A stretch of 64,000 bases of DNA from the human T2T-CHM13v2.0 reference genome, Homo sapiens (GCF_009914755.1 NC_060947.1); one strand, 5' to 3'; shown: positions 31,941-47,339, numbered from the stretch's first letter. The notes: generated by a model not told the origin, from the sequence alone. A program made the numbers and translations.

Positions 31941-32021
31941 TTTTTTTTTTAGTTAAAAAATGAAATAAGATAAGTTACATCAGGCCATGCTCTTAGTAGA
32001 TAAAATATTTTAATTTGGTAA

Positions 32022-32532
<511 letters not shown>

Positions 32533-32664
32533 TGAACCATCTTGCAAAGGGTAAATTGTCTATTTAACTATTATTTCTCGCTCTGTCCAAATCAATAAGG
32601 CTTAGAGACACAAAGACATGCCATTTAAAAATTACACATAAAAAAACCTACAGAATCTCTAACG

Positions 32665-33130
32665 CAAGGGTCAACAAATCCACCTGCAAGCCAAATAAGG
32701 CTTTATAAATAAAGACTAATTAGCACTTAGCCATGCTTATGTGTTTATATATTGTCTATGGCTGGAGACAACTGAGTTAAATAGTTAAGACAGTGACCCT
32801 ATCTGCCACAAAACCTAAGAGATTTGCTACTGGCCCTTTACAGAAAGTCCACTAATCCCAGCGCTAACAGAAATGAAGTGCACGTAGCATGTGTAACTTT
32901 AAAGCTCTCAGTAGCCAGATTAAATCAGTAAAAAAAACCAGGGGAAGATAATTTTATGATACATGTTAGCCCAATATATGCAAAATAGGATCATTTCAAC
33001 ACATAAGGAATATTAAGTTATTAATGAGAAATGTTCTATTTTTTCCATAAAAAGCCTTGGAAATCTGGTGTGTTTTACACTGATCAGATGACATTTCGAT
33101 TCAGACTAGCCACCACATTGGTCCCTGCAC
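32665..33130. mobile_element. Adjacent hAT MITE remnants (MER58-like then MER33-like)
   Basis: TATTGTCTATGGCTG, TGGCCCTTTACAGAAA, ATCATTTCAAC motifs. Confidence 0.55.
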
Positions 33131-33578
33131 ATCTGAAGAGCATGCCAAGTAAGAAGAGAAAAAGACGAAAAAGAATGCAGTTTCCACTTACGGCTGCAGC
33201 TTCGGACAAGTCCAATTGTACACAGTGATGGTGAGAACGTAGGCTTTCTGCTCATCTAAGTAGATCCCAAGTAATATTTGGGACATACTTACACTGAAAC
33301 ATCATTCGTTGCATTGAATGAGATTCACACACAACCCCGTGTCCTGTATTTTATCTGGCTCCCAAGCCTCTGTCCCTGAATCCTCCTGCTTGTCAGTAAA
33401 AACTCAAGTGAGGGGTAGCAAGCAGAGGCCAAGCCTGCTGAGATGCCTTCCCTACTGTAAGCTCTGCCAAAGATGCCGCCAGAAGTCTTTGCTTTGCTCG
33501 TGCAGGCATTTAATTCTTTCTGAAAATTGCTCACAGGAGCACACCCACTGGCCTTGTAAATCAATTAAGAATACATTC

Positions 33579-33982
<404 letters not shown>

Positions 33983-34164
33983 TCATTAATGCCATCACCA
34001 ACAAATGAGTCTGCTAGTCGAAACACAGAAGCCATCTCCCTCTTAAGTAGGTTTGCTTAAAGGAAAAAAAAAAAAAGTTTTGTCTCACCCAGACCCTGGG
34101 AACACTTTACAAAGAAAATAAAGGACTGACAGAATCAGGAGTCTACAATAAGAGTTGACTATAC

Positions 34165-34467
34165 GGCCAGGTGCAGTGACTCACACCTATAATCCCAGCA
34201 CTTTGGTAGGCCAAGGTGTGTGGATCACCCGAGGTCAGGAGTTCAAGAGCAGCGTGACCAACATGATGAAACCCCATCACCACTAAAAATACAAAAGTTA
34301 GCTCGGTGTGGTGGCACACACCTGTAATCTCGGCTACTCGGGACGCTGAAGCTAGAGGATTGCTTGAGCCAGGGAGTTGGAGGCTGCAGTGAGCTATCAT
34401 CACACTACTGCACTCCAGCCTAAACAACAGAGTGAGACTCTGTCTCAAAAAATAAAAATAAAAAAAA
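34165..34467 (+). mobile_element. Alu SINE (S-like left arm, J-like right arm)
   Basis: TSD AAGAGT(T)GACTA. Confidence 0.92.
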
Positions 34468-35632
34468 AAGAGTGACTACAAATAATTTTTCTTATTGCTG
34501 TGGAAAAAAATAATCATCATCAATGTCTCCTTTTTGCCTCGAGAGACTATAGGCCAGCCCTTTTAGAATCAGTCAAAATAAAGAGCTTGGGAATAGACAA
34601 TGAGATGTCCGAAGAGTAATTTTAGAACACGAGAGCTGTCTGAGAACCCACATACAAATCCAAGTTGTAAAAAGCAGAGCTTGTGTGTTCTGTTTCCCAT
34701 ATCCGAGAAATCGGTGACATAGCTCAGTATTTCTCCAACACAGAGCCTTCCAAATGTGGTTTCTTCCTAAGGCGACTGTAACAGAGTTGAAAGCACAGGG
34801 TAAAAATTGGATGGTGTGGAACAGAGGACTGTCAGGTGAGAGAGCAGATGGGGTCTGTGGTCGGGGGACTCTTTGCAGATGAGTGAATCGGTGGGCAACT
34901 GTGGCATAATCAAAGTTGTCTACATGATTCGAATAAGTAAGAATAGACCCCCAAAATGAAGGAGAAGATCTAGTGACAGCCACAATTATGCACTTTTACT
35001 CATCTTGAAAAACCATTTGGGAGAAAATTTCTCACAGAAAGAACAGAGAAGCTTTATGTCATGCTTTTGCAAGTTAATTTCCATGCGGAGTCAAATTTCT
35101 CACCATCAATCCATTAGTTAATGATTGTTCAAAAGACGTTTCCATGCAGAATGAGGGTTATCTTTCAGTTGGAACAAATTTTTTTAAAACTCTGTGCACA
35201 TTAGTGAGGTCAAATGAACATTACAACCCAGGAGAAGACTAAAATAATTCCACTCCCAAACCAGAATGTTTTCTTTTCAGTGTTTCCCTTATCATTTCAC
35301 CGTATAGTCTCAGCTACAAGTGAGGCATTGGGAGGGCTTGTCAAGCGTCCAGAATTCTGGGGATATGCGTTCAGTTCTCACGGGCTCGGCATTTGTGGTG
35401 GTACCATCTTTTCCTCTTATTTTGCTGACAGCCTGCCCACCTCGTCTTGAGATACGTTCATCCTACAAACCAGAATGCTCGCTCCAAAACAGAAAGCATA
35501 AAATGCTCTGCAAAAACAACAGCCTGCATGGTATCAGCAGGCTTCTAAAGGAGTTGTTTCCTTCTCCCTGTACCAGGAGAACATAGCCCATCAAATTCTC
35601 AAATTTCTTATTGGGCAGAAAGATTTCTTTTC

Positions 35633-36143
<511 letters not shown>

Positions 36144-36224
36144 AACAGTCTGCATTTTTTACCTCACTTGAAGTTATCTTGTCCTGTGTCCAATCTATAA
36201 TTCCTTAATAAGAGGAAATAAAAT

Positions 36225-36320
36225 CATGATGAATGCACTTAATGCCACTGATTTGTGCACTTAAAAATGGTTACAATAGCAAACTTTGTGTTATGTATAT
36301 TTTACCACAATAAAAAATAA
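36225..36320 (+). mobile_element. L1MB-like 3' end
   Basis: AATGCCACTGATTTGTGCACTTAAAAATGGTT...TATATTTTACCACAATAAAAA. Confidence 0.75.
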
Positions 36321-37217
36321 ACTAAAAGTGAAATAAAACCAAATAACCATAAAAGGCCACCCCCAACACCAGGTTTATGGAGAGTCTTGTGTTCCCAGCA
36401 CCCAACGGATGCCAAAGTCTGCTTTTCCCCCATGAGCCGGAGTTCTGGAAATTGATCTCCCCACTAAGCAGCACACTGTTTGGTCATCCTGGCCATTCAG
36501 TCCTGTCTGGGAACGCGGCCATAATTTAAATATGCTGTTAAAATGCAGAGCTATCTATTCACAGCATGGTCTAGTTATTTAGCCATAAGGTGTAGACAAA
36601 CAGAATTCTGTTTAAATATTTCTGCAATATCCAGTTACATTTCCAAATTCCATGACCACAGCTCATGTTTCCCCTTCGTTATTGACAATCATAAGCAATT
36701 TCTGTGCAATGGGAAATGGTGGCTATTTTCATAAGCAATCACATTCTTTAATGAGTTTTTTTTTTTTTTTTGTCTACTTGCAGGTAATTTATAAGTAGGT
36801 GTATTTTGACTTTTTTTTTTTTTTGAGATTAAGCCTTCCTAATATAATCCCACTCTCCAATCTGCTGTGCTGGTTGACTTTGGGGATGGTTGTCAGCTCT
36901 GTGACTTGGTTTTGTGGCCTCTTGACAGTCTACACAGGGCACTCCATGGACTTGGAGGAAGACGGGAGAGTCCAGAGGCAAGGAGGATACTGCAGGACTG
37001 GGACTGAATAACAAAGAAAACGCCAGAGAGACTCCAGGAGAGCAAGATCGGTTCACACAGAAGAACGACGTACACGGCAGGCACATGGGGCCAGGAGGCC
37101 ATACAGCTGCGGCTGTGGAAGGTCAGTTCAGGAAGGGCCTATATTCCTGGCTGAGGAGTTTAGATTACACCCTGCAGGGAAACGGGAGACCACAGAAGCG
37201 TTTTCAGCAAGAGGGTA

Positions 37218-37693
37218 TACGGTGAGCTGAATAGCAAGTACCAAAACATACATCTAAGTTTGAACTCCCAGAACCTCAGAATGTGACCTTATTTAGAATT
37301 AGGGTTTCTGCAGGTGTAATTACAAGAATCTCGAGGTGCGAGCACACTGGGTTTAGGGTGGTCCCCAAATCAAATGACTGGTGTCCTTATAAGAGAAAGG
37401 AGAGGGAGATTAGAGACAGGGACAAAAGCACCATGTGAAGACAGAGGCAGAGACTGGAGTGACAGTGAGTCTGCAAACCAAGGAGTGCCAAGGATTGCTG
37501 GCTCCCCCCACCCCTGGAAGCTAAATGAGCTGCATGGGATGGAGTCTCCCCCAGAAGCTTCCAGAAGGGACCAGCCCTGCCAACAACTTGATCTCAGGCC
37601 TGTGGCCTCCAGAGCTGTGAGGAAAGCATTTCTGCTGTTGTAAGCCACCCCCAGTTCATGGTAATTTGCTACAGCCGCCCCAGGAAATGAACA
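37218..37693 (+). mobile_element. MLT1C-type MaLR LTR, probably within an L2 remnant
   Basis: GAATGTGACCTTATTT, GTCCTTATAAGAG, GTAATTTGCTACAGC. Confidence 0.85.
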
Positions 37694-38932
37694 CAGATTC
37701 ACATCGTCAGATGTGTATTTCAGAAACATTACTGCGGCTTCTGTAGAGGAATATAGCTTGAACCAAAAGAGGCAAGCGTTAAAGGGAGACCAATCAGGAA
37801 AACTAACGCAATAATTCAGATGAGAACTGAAAACATCCGGTTCCACACAAGGACAACAAAGATGAGGTTTAAGGCAAAGGACTTGCACAGACATCGTCAG
37901 ATTGTCTCATGTGGGGAAGGGAGAGCACAAAGACAAGGATAGGAGGTACTAGAGGGGTGCAGGGCACAAGTGCGGGTGACCTGGAAAAAACAGGACAACT
38001 GGGCCCTGGAACGGCAGGCATGAAGGGCATGGATGTAGATAAGGTTCCTTGCTGCTAAGCTAAGAAATGAAAGAACTTCCTGCCCAATGACCTCCATAAA
38101 GAGGCAAAGCCATCTGCTGAGAATGTGCAGGGAAGGGGTTGGGGGAAGCACTGATCATTTAACAAAGGATGGAAGACAGGGCTAAAGAGGGATGCATAGA
38201 ATCGCTTGCTCTCAGGAGGGCCCAGCTGGGGTTGAAGATCACAATGCTGTAGTAACACAGATTTGCTCAGTTATGCAATTTTTCCTTAGCAGCCATCAAC
38301 TGCTTGGATGTGGACCAAGGAAGGCAGATGGCTGGGCTGATTCAAGACTGGGCTTCTGCACAGAGTGATGCACATTTCAGTTTGTTTCCAATATGAGCTC
38401 TGTTGCACTGATCGACTTCAATGAATTCTCTACAGTAAACATCCAGTACACAAGGTACTCTCTAACGGATACATTGCGTACCGTCATACGTGGGATGCTA
38501 TGATAGCATTGAGAATGAATGAGCTACAGTGACAGCAGATAGGAACATTGCACATACAACGCTGGTGACAGATGCAAGACCCCAGAAGATACATGCTGTA
38601 TGATTCCATTAATACAAAATTAATTCTTTTTGAGAATGCGCACATAGAGAAAATGATTAAAAAAAAAAAAGTAAGGAGATGATTTCCCCAAAAGCCCAAA
38701 TAGTGGTGGCTTCCGATGGTGAGAGACTTCTAGCGCAATGATAATCGCAGGAGGCTCCTGAGCAAATGGCAATGTTCTGCCTCTTCACTTGGGAAATCAC
38801 TGGTTCAATAACATGTATATGTCTCTGGAATGCTCTTTAACACTTATAGGTCATAAGTCACAACAAAAAATGAAAGGGAAGGAGGAAAATGCTCTGTGGC
38901 TCCAACAGCATCAAATTATATATATATATATA

Positions 38933-39250
38933 TTTTTTTTTTTAATTTTATTTTTTATTTTTTATTTTTTTGAGACGGAGTTTCACTCTTGTTGCCCAGG
39001 CTGGCATGTAATGGTGCGATCTCAGCTCACCGCAACCTCCTTCCCGGGTTCAAGCCATTCTCCTGCCTCAGCCTCCTGCATAGCTGGGATTACAGGCATG
39101 TGTCACCACACCCGGCTAATTTTGTATGTTTAATAGAGACGGGGTTTCTCCATGTTGGTCAGGCTGGTCTCAAACTCCCGACCTCAGGTGATCACCCGCC
39201 TCGGCCTTCCAAAGTGCTGGGATTACAGGCGTGAGCCTTCGTGCCTGGCC
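38933..39250 (-). mobile_element. AluSp-like SINE
   Basis: TTTCACTCTTGTTGCCC, CTCACCGCAACC. Confidence 0.92.
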
Positions 39251-39348
39251 TATAATTTTAATACTCAACAAAATAGAGGTTAGTATTTCAATAAGCCAAG
39301 AACATTTTTCAGTCATAAGCATTTGAAACTAAAGTCAAATGGGGCTAC

Positions 39349-39367
39349 AAGAAAGAAAGAGAAAGGA

Positions 39368-39439
<72 letters not shown>

Positions 39440-39488
39440 AAAGAGAATAGAAAAGAGAAGAGAAAAGAGAAAAGAAAAAAGAAAAGAA
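39349..39488 (+). repeat. (GAAA)n microsatellite, ~19 pure units at 39366-39441
   Basis: Counted by eye. Confidence 0.95.
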
Positions 39489-40228
39489 ACACATTGGTTC
39501 ACATAACTGCAAATGTCATGTGTGGTCTTCAGGCTTGGCTAGATCCAGGTATTCCCATGCTATCCAGAGAGGTGTCACCCCTTAGCTCCATATTCCTCAG
39601 TACCATTTTCGGTCTCAAGGAGTGATAAGAATGATGGGATTTTTTTCCTCACTGGGTTTACTGGTACCTGTTTAGCAACCCTAGCAAAAAGAACAAACAA
39701 ACAAAAACAAAAACAAACCTTTGTCAAGAATTCTAATAGAAGCCCAGATCTGGCTGTCTCTGGGTCACGATTTGGGTTAAGAAGTCACCGTAGACAAGAA
39801 ATATGAGATGCCGTTTGGCCAGACCTGGGCCCCCGGCGCTGGAGCTCTGTATCTCAGGGACTGAGAATAACAGCCTGTGTTCCCCCAGAGAAAACTTGAG
39901 TTGTTTTAACCGAAAGATAGAGGCCGAACACGGAGTCAGACAAAAACTACCCACGTCCACTACACATATTTTCACCTTCCTTTGGTGCTATCACCAAGCA
40001 GCAAATTTCCGTTCATTTCTCACTCGTATATTTCAAACACCTTCCTTCTCTTCCAACCCTCCCTGACTTAAGAAGCTAAGGCAAACAAAATAAAATACAC
40101 ACAAAAGAAGCAGGAGTTTAGAAGCAGGAAACAAAAGGCATGAAAGAATGAGTGAATGATTCCATTTCCCCTGCCTCTGGCCTCTAGTGAATCACCTACT
40201 GGAAGTTTGTGCAAAAAGTCTGCATTCA

Positions 40229-40862
<634 letters not shown>

Positions 40863-41587
40863 TCACCACCATTTGGAACCAAACCTTAAAAGAAGCCACC
40901 GAGATGGAAGCTCCAATACACTTTCGCCTCTGGTCATCTCCTTCCTGAGAAAATTCATGATATCAGATCATCCACAACTTTGATATTTCTCCCCACATTT
41001 CTGAGTTTTTCAGTGGCCAAGGAGAAGACTCCGTCTGTTTCTTAATAATTACTGATAATCGTTTCACCACAAAAGATACTACTTTGGATAAACAAGCTTT
41101 GTGGTTTCTGTCAAGTACAAACAACGAAGATTAAATTAGCATCTTGAAAACCCACAGGGTGAGCTTGCTCCTCCCCTCCTTTAAGTCTGCAGAATTACCT
41201 GGGGCTCCCTCCCAGGTGCCAAGCACACAGATGTGAGCAAGACACTGAGACACCACTGCTGCCCTGCGCTATCACTAGGGAATCCTGTGTCCCTAGCAGC
41301 TTATCCAGCTGGCTCTCAGGCTATGGTGAAACTGCAATACAGAAGGAATATTCCAAAAGAGAATTAAAAATGCAGCTGTCATATGGGCGACAGGCCCAAG
41401 TCTAGCAGTTAACAGCTACCCCGCCCCCACCCCGCCCACTTCCCTGGGAGCAGCCCTGCTCTCCAGTCTGCAAACCCAGGGGCTGAGGGGCCAGGGGCAT
41501 CCCGGGGCCTGGATGCCCAAGGGATGCAAACTCCTTCCCCACCCTCTCTGCTTCCCTTATCAAGCCTCCTAAGTGTTCTCCCCATCC

Positions 41588-41937
41588 CATAATGGGGAAT
41601 AATCCCTAAAATTCAAGCGCTGAAGCTCTAATCCCCACTACCTTTTGGAATGTGACCGTATTTGGAAACAGGATCTCTAAGGAGGTAATTAAATTAAAAT
41701 GAGGTCATTAGGGTGGGCCCTGGTCCAGTAGTACTGGTGTCCTTATAAGAAGAGGCGATGAGGACACAGGCACACACAGAGGGACGACCATGGGAGGATA
41801 CAGGCCGTCTACAAGCCACCGAGAGGGGCTGCGGGAGAAAGCAGCCCTGTGACACTTGGGTTTCAAACATGTGGCCTCCAGAATGTGAGGGAATCCCTGT
41901 CTGCTGCTCTGGCATGGCAGCCCTAGCCGGCTCATAC
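41588..41937 (+). mobile_element. MLT1B-type MaLR LTR
   Basis: ATGTGACCGTATTTGGAAA, GAGGTCATTAGGGTGGGCCC, ATGGCAGCCCTAG. Confidence 0.8.
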
Positions 41938-42909
41938 GGGCCCATCCCCCACTCGCCATCTCAACGTGGAGACCCTACAGGAACTCATGGCCCGGGAAGG
42001 CCTTTTGGTCCCCTCACCCCTATTTTCAAAGCCCACACAGTTAAAATGCAGGGGGGCTTCTTGCTCTTAAGACTGAAATGGTGCAGCTCCCTACACCCGT
42101 CTGTGTCCACGGCCATCCCCAGTATAGCAAACTTACATGTGACACCCAGCTCGGTATTTCCCCTCTCAGGTCCCCCTTCCCCCTCCTACAGACACATCCC
42201 CAAACCCTTTTAAGATGTTGCATAACCTGGCTCCGGAAGCCAATAGAGTTTTTACTGAATCTGGCTTCACATAATCCAACAGATTGTGAACTAGACATTT
42301 GCCAACTTTTCCCCCGTGCCAGACCATTTTTAAGTTATGTGTGCACAGAATGGCATTTAAAGGACTTAAATAACTCTCCAGGGGGAGAAAAGAGCAGAAA
42401 ATAGCCCACAAGGCTCCTATAACGGGGGCAGGAACAGCAGAAACAGAATTTGGGGCGAGTGTTCTGCTTGTTTTTAGTTGCGGCGGGAGGGGCTTTTCTA
42501 TTAGGTTGTGTTTTTGTTGTTTTTGCTTTGGGGGTGAAAAAAGGGGACAGAGAACAGAAAGGAACCTAGTTTATAGTGACAGCTGTTTAGGAAAGTCATT
42601 TCTAGATTAGAGGGGAGAGCCCCTAGGGGCTGCTTCTAGATTCCACTCCTTGGGGTTGGAGGGGCCGGGTGAGCAGGCTTTGGGGAGTGCCTGGGTGACT
42701 ACCCCAACCCTGCCTCAACGGCACCCCCTCCCTGTGCACCGACAAATAAATGGTGGCTGTAAAAAAAAAAAGAAATAAATGTTTTTTTAAGCAGTGCTTC
42801 CTGTTATGTTCAAGGAAGACTAGGGCCGTTTTATTATTAAGCAATTTTCTCTTTTTAAGTAAACACACACACGACCACATTGCTGCAAGGCTAAAATCTC
42901 TTGCCTTAC

Positions 42910-43035
42910 TCAAGCATCGACGTTTTCAATCTCCTATTTTCTCAAGCCCTCAATGAAGCCTTCCAAGAGCTTGCCTATGTTTAATTTGCATTCCGAAACA
43001 GAAAATCTAATGTGTTTTAACATTGTCTGCTTCAG
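42910..43035 (-). other. Putative 126-nt 5' exon of the minus-strand gene (two uORFs; terminal ATG CTT GA)
   Basis: tttccttttcag|CTGAAGCAG...GATGCTTGA|gtaagg in unique sequence next to the promoter. Confidence 0.5.
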
Positions 43036-43054
43036 CTGAAAAGGAAACTGTAAA

Positions 43055-43087
43055 TTTATACAGTCTGGTTTAAAAAAAAAAAATTGG
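43055..43087 (-). promoter_or_regulatory. CCAAT and TATAAA motifs (possible second core promoter)
   Basis: Minus-strand CCAAT 43083-43087 and TATAAA 43055-43060. Confidence 0.3.
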
Positions 43088-43132
43088 CCATTGCATCTAA
43101 ATGAGTCTCCTCCGGAAAGAGGCTGGGTGGCG

Positions 43133-43710
43133 CCCCTCCCCCTCCTCCCTCTTTCACTTCCCCTCCCGCTTCTCCCTCTTTCACTTCCCCTCCCCCTCCT
43201 CCCTTTTTCACTTCCCCTTGTCCTCCCTCCCTCACCTCCCATCCCCCTCCCTCCTCCTCCCCTCCCCCTCTGCTTTTCACCCCCTCCCTCCTCCTCCCCT
43301 CCCCCTCTGCTTTTTACCCTCCCCCTGCTCCTTCCCACCTCCCCTCCCCCTCCCCCGCTGCTTTCACCCCCTCCCTCCTTCCCTCCCCCTCTGCTTTCAC
43401 CCCTCCCTCTTCCTCCCCTCCCCCTCTGCTTTTTACCCTCCCCCTCCTTCTCCCCTCCACCTCTCCCCTCCCCATCCTTCTCTGCTTTTCACCCCCTCCC
43501 TCCTCCCCCCTCCTCCTCCGTTTTGCACCCCTCTCTCCTCCTTCTCCTCCCCTTCCCCCTCCTCCTCTGCTTTTCATCCCCTCTCTGTCCCTCCCTCCCC
43601 CCTCCTAGCCTCCTCTCCCTGCATTGGAGTTTAGGCCACAGCCTCCCTCCTCCCTCTTAGTCTTCCAGCCTCCTCCCCTCCCCTCCCCTCTCTTCTCCTC
43701 CCCTCCCCCA
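43133..43710. repeat. C/T-rich tract with degenerate ~27-40 bp units
   Basis: Three TTTCACTTCCCC units then ~8 CTGCTTTTCACCCC-like cores among C-runs. Confidence 0.9.
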
Positions 43711-43719
43711 GGATCAGAC

Positions 43720-43940
43720 TCGGGGCCGGTCTGTGCCAGCGCCCTACGTGGACTGGGAAAGAATTACCGAGGACCTTAGAAGAGCTGCGCACTCGCAGCG
43801 CCCCGCCCCCACGCCGCCGGCCGCCCGCGCGGGTGTCTCCCTGTGCTCCCAAAACACGGCTCAGGTTCACCGGGTCCTCCCCCGGGGATCTCAGGGCTGT
43901 TGGGGGGTGCTGTGGTTCCCAGAACGCCGCGACACTCTGA
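43720..43940 (-). promoter_or_regulatory. Small CpG-rich GC-box promoter and probable first exon
   Basis: Densest non-Alu CpG cluster in the window; GGGGGCGGGG at 43801-43810; candidate donors TCG|gtaatt (43768) and CAC|gtaggg (43748). Confidence 0.65.
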
Positions 43941-45046
43941 AACAGGAAAGGGGACGGCAGAGGGGTCCTGCTGCGGGGGAGCCCTTGAGAAGGCCTGGGT
44001 AGAGAGGGACTTGGGGACAGAGGTAAAGAAGGGAGTCTCTGGGGGTGAGGAAGTGCCTGGGAAGGGCACGAGGAGGAGTTGGGGAAGGGAAAATCAGGCC
44101 CAAAGTTTTAGGGCTCTGTCTCTACTGAAGGTCAAAAAGGGTTCCTGCAGGGCAGTGGGAGACCTGCTCCTGACGACCCCGTCCTATAATTAAATCCCTG
44201 AGTAAGAACACTCCAGAGTTGGGGCTCAGTAGCTGCCGTGTGCACCTGCGCATCAGATGCCCCCTAAGCGTACCCCTGGAAGCCTCTGATTCTGTGTCAT
44301 CACGGCAGGAAGGGATTCGAGGAGTTTTGGAAGACGCCAGGATGACGTTCTTAAGCCATCTGATGGGTGAAGGGGCTTCTTCACTTCGCTGTGGCTTCAC
44401 TACTTAGATGTTAAAGCGGCTTCTCTTCCTAATAAAAAACAAAGTGTAGCCACTTTTCTGTCCAAGAAAATAAAAATTCCCAGAGAAAACCAACGTTGAC
44501 GTTTGCATTCACGACGTGCCTGTCGTTTTCCTCTGTGTGGAAGAATTTTCCCATCCAAAAATGGGAGTTGAGGATGGAGGTGAGGTAAATAATAAAATCG
44601 GGCTCACTCTGTATAAATAGTTCAGCATTCCGATTTGGTTACCTAGTATTAAAAAATAAATATTTTTCTAGGTCACTAAATATTTTTCAAAATTATACTT
44701 TAAATGAGGGCTTAAATTCCACCGCGTGGAATTGTATATGCCAGAATGTAGTAACCATATCCCTCTTGCACAGTATTCCTCTTGTTTAACATTTAAGGAC
44801 GGTATCCTAAGTTATTCCCCATTGTGTAGTCACATAAGTCACCTTTTTCTTCACTAGCTTCAGTGCAAGAAATGAATACAGTTTCCTCTGCACCATGGGT
44901 CCGTCTGTTGCCATTGCCTGCACTGGGGTTGTTTGGAATTCCTGTCTGAAACTTTCTAGAGTTAAAGGCAGAAAACATTGGCCAAGTTTCCAAGCCTAAA
45001 GCTGATTCTTGACCTTAGTTAGACCTTATGTCAGAAAAGAGGGTGA

Positions 45047-45189
45047 CAGCTACTTGGGAAGCTGAGGTGGGAGGATTGCTTGAGCCTGGGAGGTTGAGGC
45101 TGCAGTAAGTCATGATCGTGCCACTGTGCTCACGCCTGGGTGACAAAGCGAGACCCTATCTCAACAAAAAAAAAAAAAAAAGAAAGAAA
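45047..45189 (+). mobile_element. 5'-truncated AluJ right arm
   Basis: Perfect TSD AGAAAAGAGGGTGA. Confidence 0.92.
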
Positions 45190-45411
45190 AGAAAAGAGGG
45201 TGAGCAAAACAGGACAGTAGGGGGTGCTCCAGGTGTCTGGGGGGGGGGGCATCGCCAATATCCTAATATCCCAGAGCCTCGGGAGGAGCCCTCTCTCCCA
45301 AAGCACTGCCCGCCACATTCTGGGGATGTCCTGCAAAGCCTAAATATTGGCGGTGGGGAGTGGAAATGTTCCCTTCTGTTATATTCTCTACTAGAGTGTT
45401 TTGCATGTTGA

Positions 45412-46049
<638 letters not shown>

Positions 46050-46464
46050 AAAATGAAAGGCACAAATCTCAATGTGGGACATGATTTTTGGCATCACAGT
46101 GAAAGAAAACAGTCACGTGTTAATGATGAACTTCACAGGCCTCAAAGCTCATGGCCTGAGTTTATGAAGAGTCCCCCAGGAGATTGGTGGTTGGCTTGAA
46201 GGAACCTCTCTTTTTGTGTTCATCACACAACTTGATGAGGAATATTGAATATTGAACATAAAAAGAAGAAATTTGAGAACAATACACAGCCTTGCCTTCC
46301 ACAAATCATCACCCCTTGACTTCCATTTCTTTAGTAAGAAAGAATTAACTCCAGAGCCATTCTGGTATCTTCAGAATGCTGGTTCGCATAGTGGACCTTC
46401 AGTTCTTTTAATCAATAATCAATAATTTAATCAATAATATCAATGTTACAATGTGATCAACCAT

Positions 46465-47290
46465 ATCTGTCTACCCAAGAGAAATGAAAACATGCATCCA
46501 CAGATTCCTAGATGAAAGCTCACAGCAGTATCACCCATGAGAGCCAAAAAGTGGAAACAATCCAAATGCCCATCAATGGATACGTGGATATACAAAATGT
46601 GCTCTATCCATACAATGGATGTTATTCAGCCATAAAAAGAAATGAAGTTCTGAAATGCCAAAACGTGGTTGAACCTTGAAAACACTATGCCAAGATGCAA
46701 AAAGGCTACATATCGTATGATTTATTTTATAAGAAATGTCCAGAACAGGCTAGAGACAGAAAGTAGAACAGTGGTTGTTGCTGGTGAGGGGAGGAGAAGG
46801 ATGGGAAGAGACTGCCAGTGGGCACAAGGTTTCTTTCTTTCTTTTCTTTTTTTCTTTTTTGAGACGGGTCCTTGCTCTGTTGCCCAGGCTGGCGCGCAGT
46901 GGCTCAATCACAGCCCACTGCAGCCTCAACTTCACAGGCTCAATTGATCCTCCTACCTCAGCCTCGCTAATAGCTGGGACCACAGGGGCACACCACCACA
47001 CCTGGCTAATATTTGTATTTTTGTAGAGATGGGGTTTCTCCACATTGCCCAGGCTGGTCTCAAACTCCTGGACTCAAACGATCCCCTCGCTTCAGCCTCC
47101 CAAAGTGCTGGAATTACAGGCAGGAGCCACTGAGCCCAGCCTGCGCCAGGTTTCTTTTTGGGGTGATGGAAATGTTCTAAAATTAGATTACCATCAGGAT
47201 TGCACAACTCTGTAAATTACTAAAAACAAAACAATGAATTATGCAGTTACAATGGGTGAATTTTACGCTATGTAAATTGTATCTCAAGAA
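46465..47290 (+). mobile_element. L1MB-like 3' fragment interrupted by an antisense AluJ (46832-47140)
   Basis: CCAAATGCCCATCAATGGAT, TATTCAGCCATAAAAAGAAATGAA, GGGGTGATGGAAATGTTCT; Alu TSD AGGTTTCTTT. Confidence 0.85.
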
Positions 47291-47339
47291 ACTCTTCTAG
47301 AGTTTGATTAACTCTCAAGTTTAAAAATGTTATAGCGTT

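Noticed and set aside
35301-35462. Possible minus-strand exon (tttgtag|GATGAAC...TACG|gtgaaa)
   Set aside because: Weak donor, in-frame stop in the frame checked, no independent support
43091-43660. 189-aa Pro/Leu-rich ORF
   Set aside because: C/T tract with no domain or codon signal
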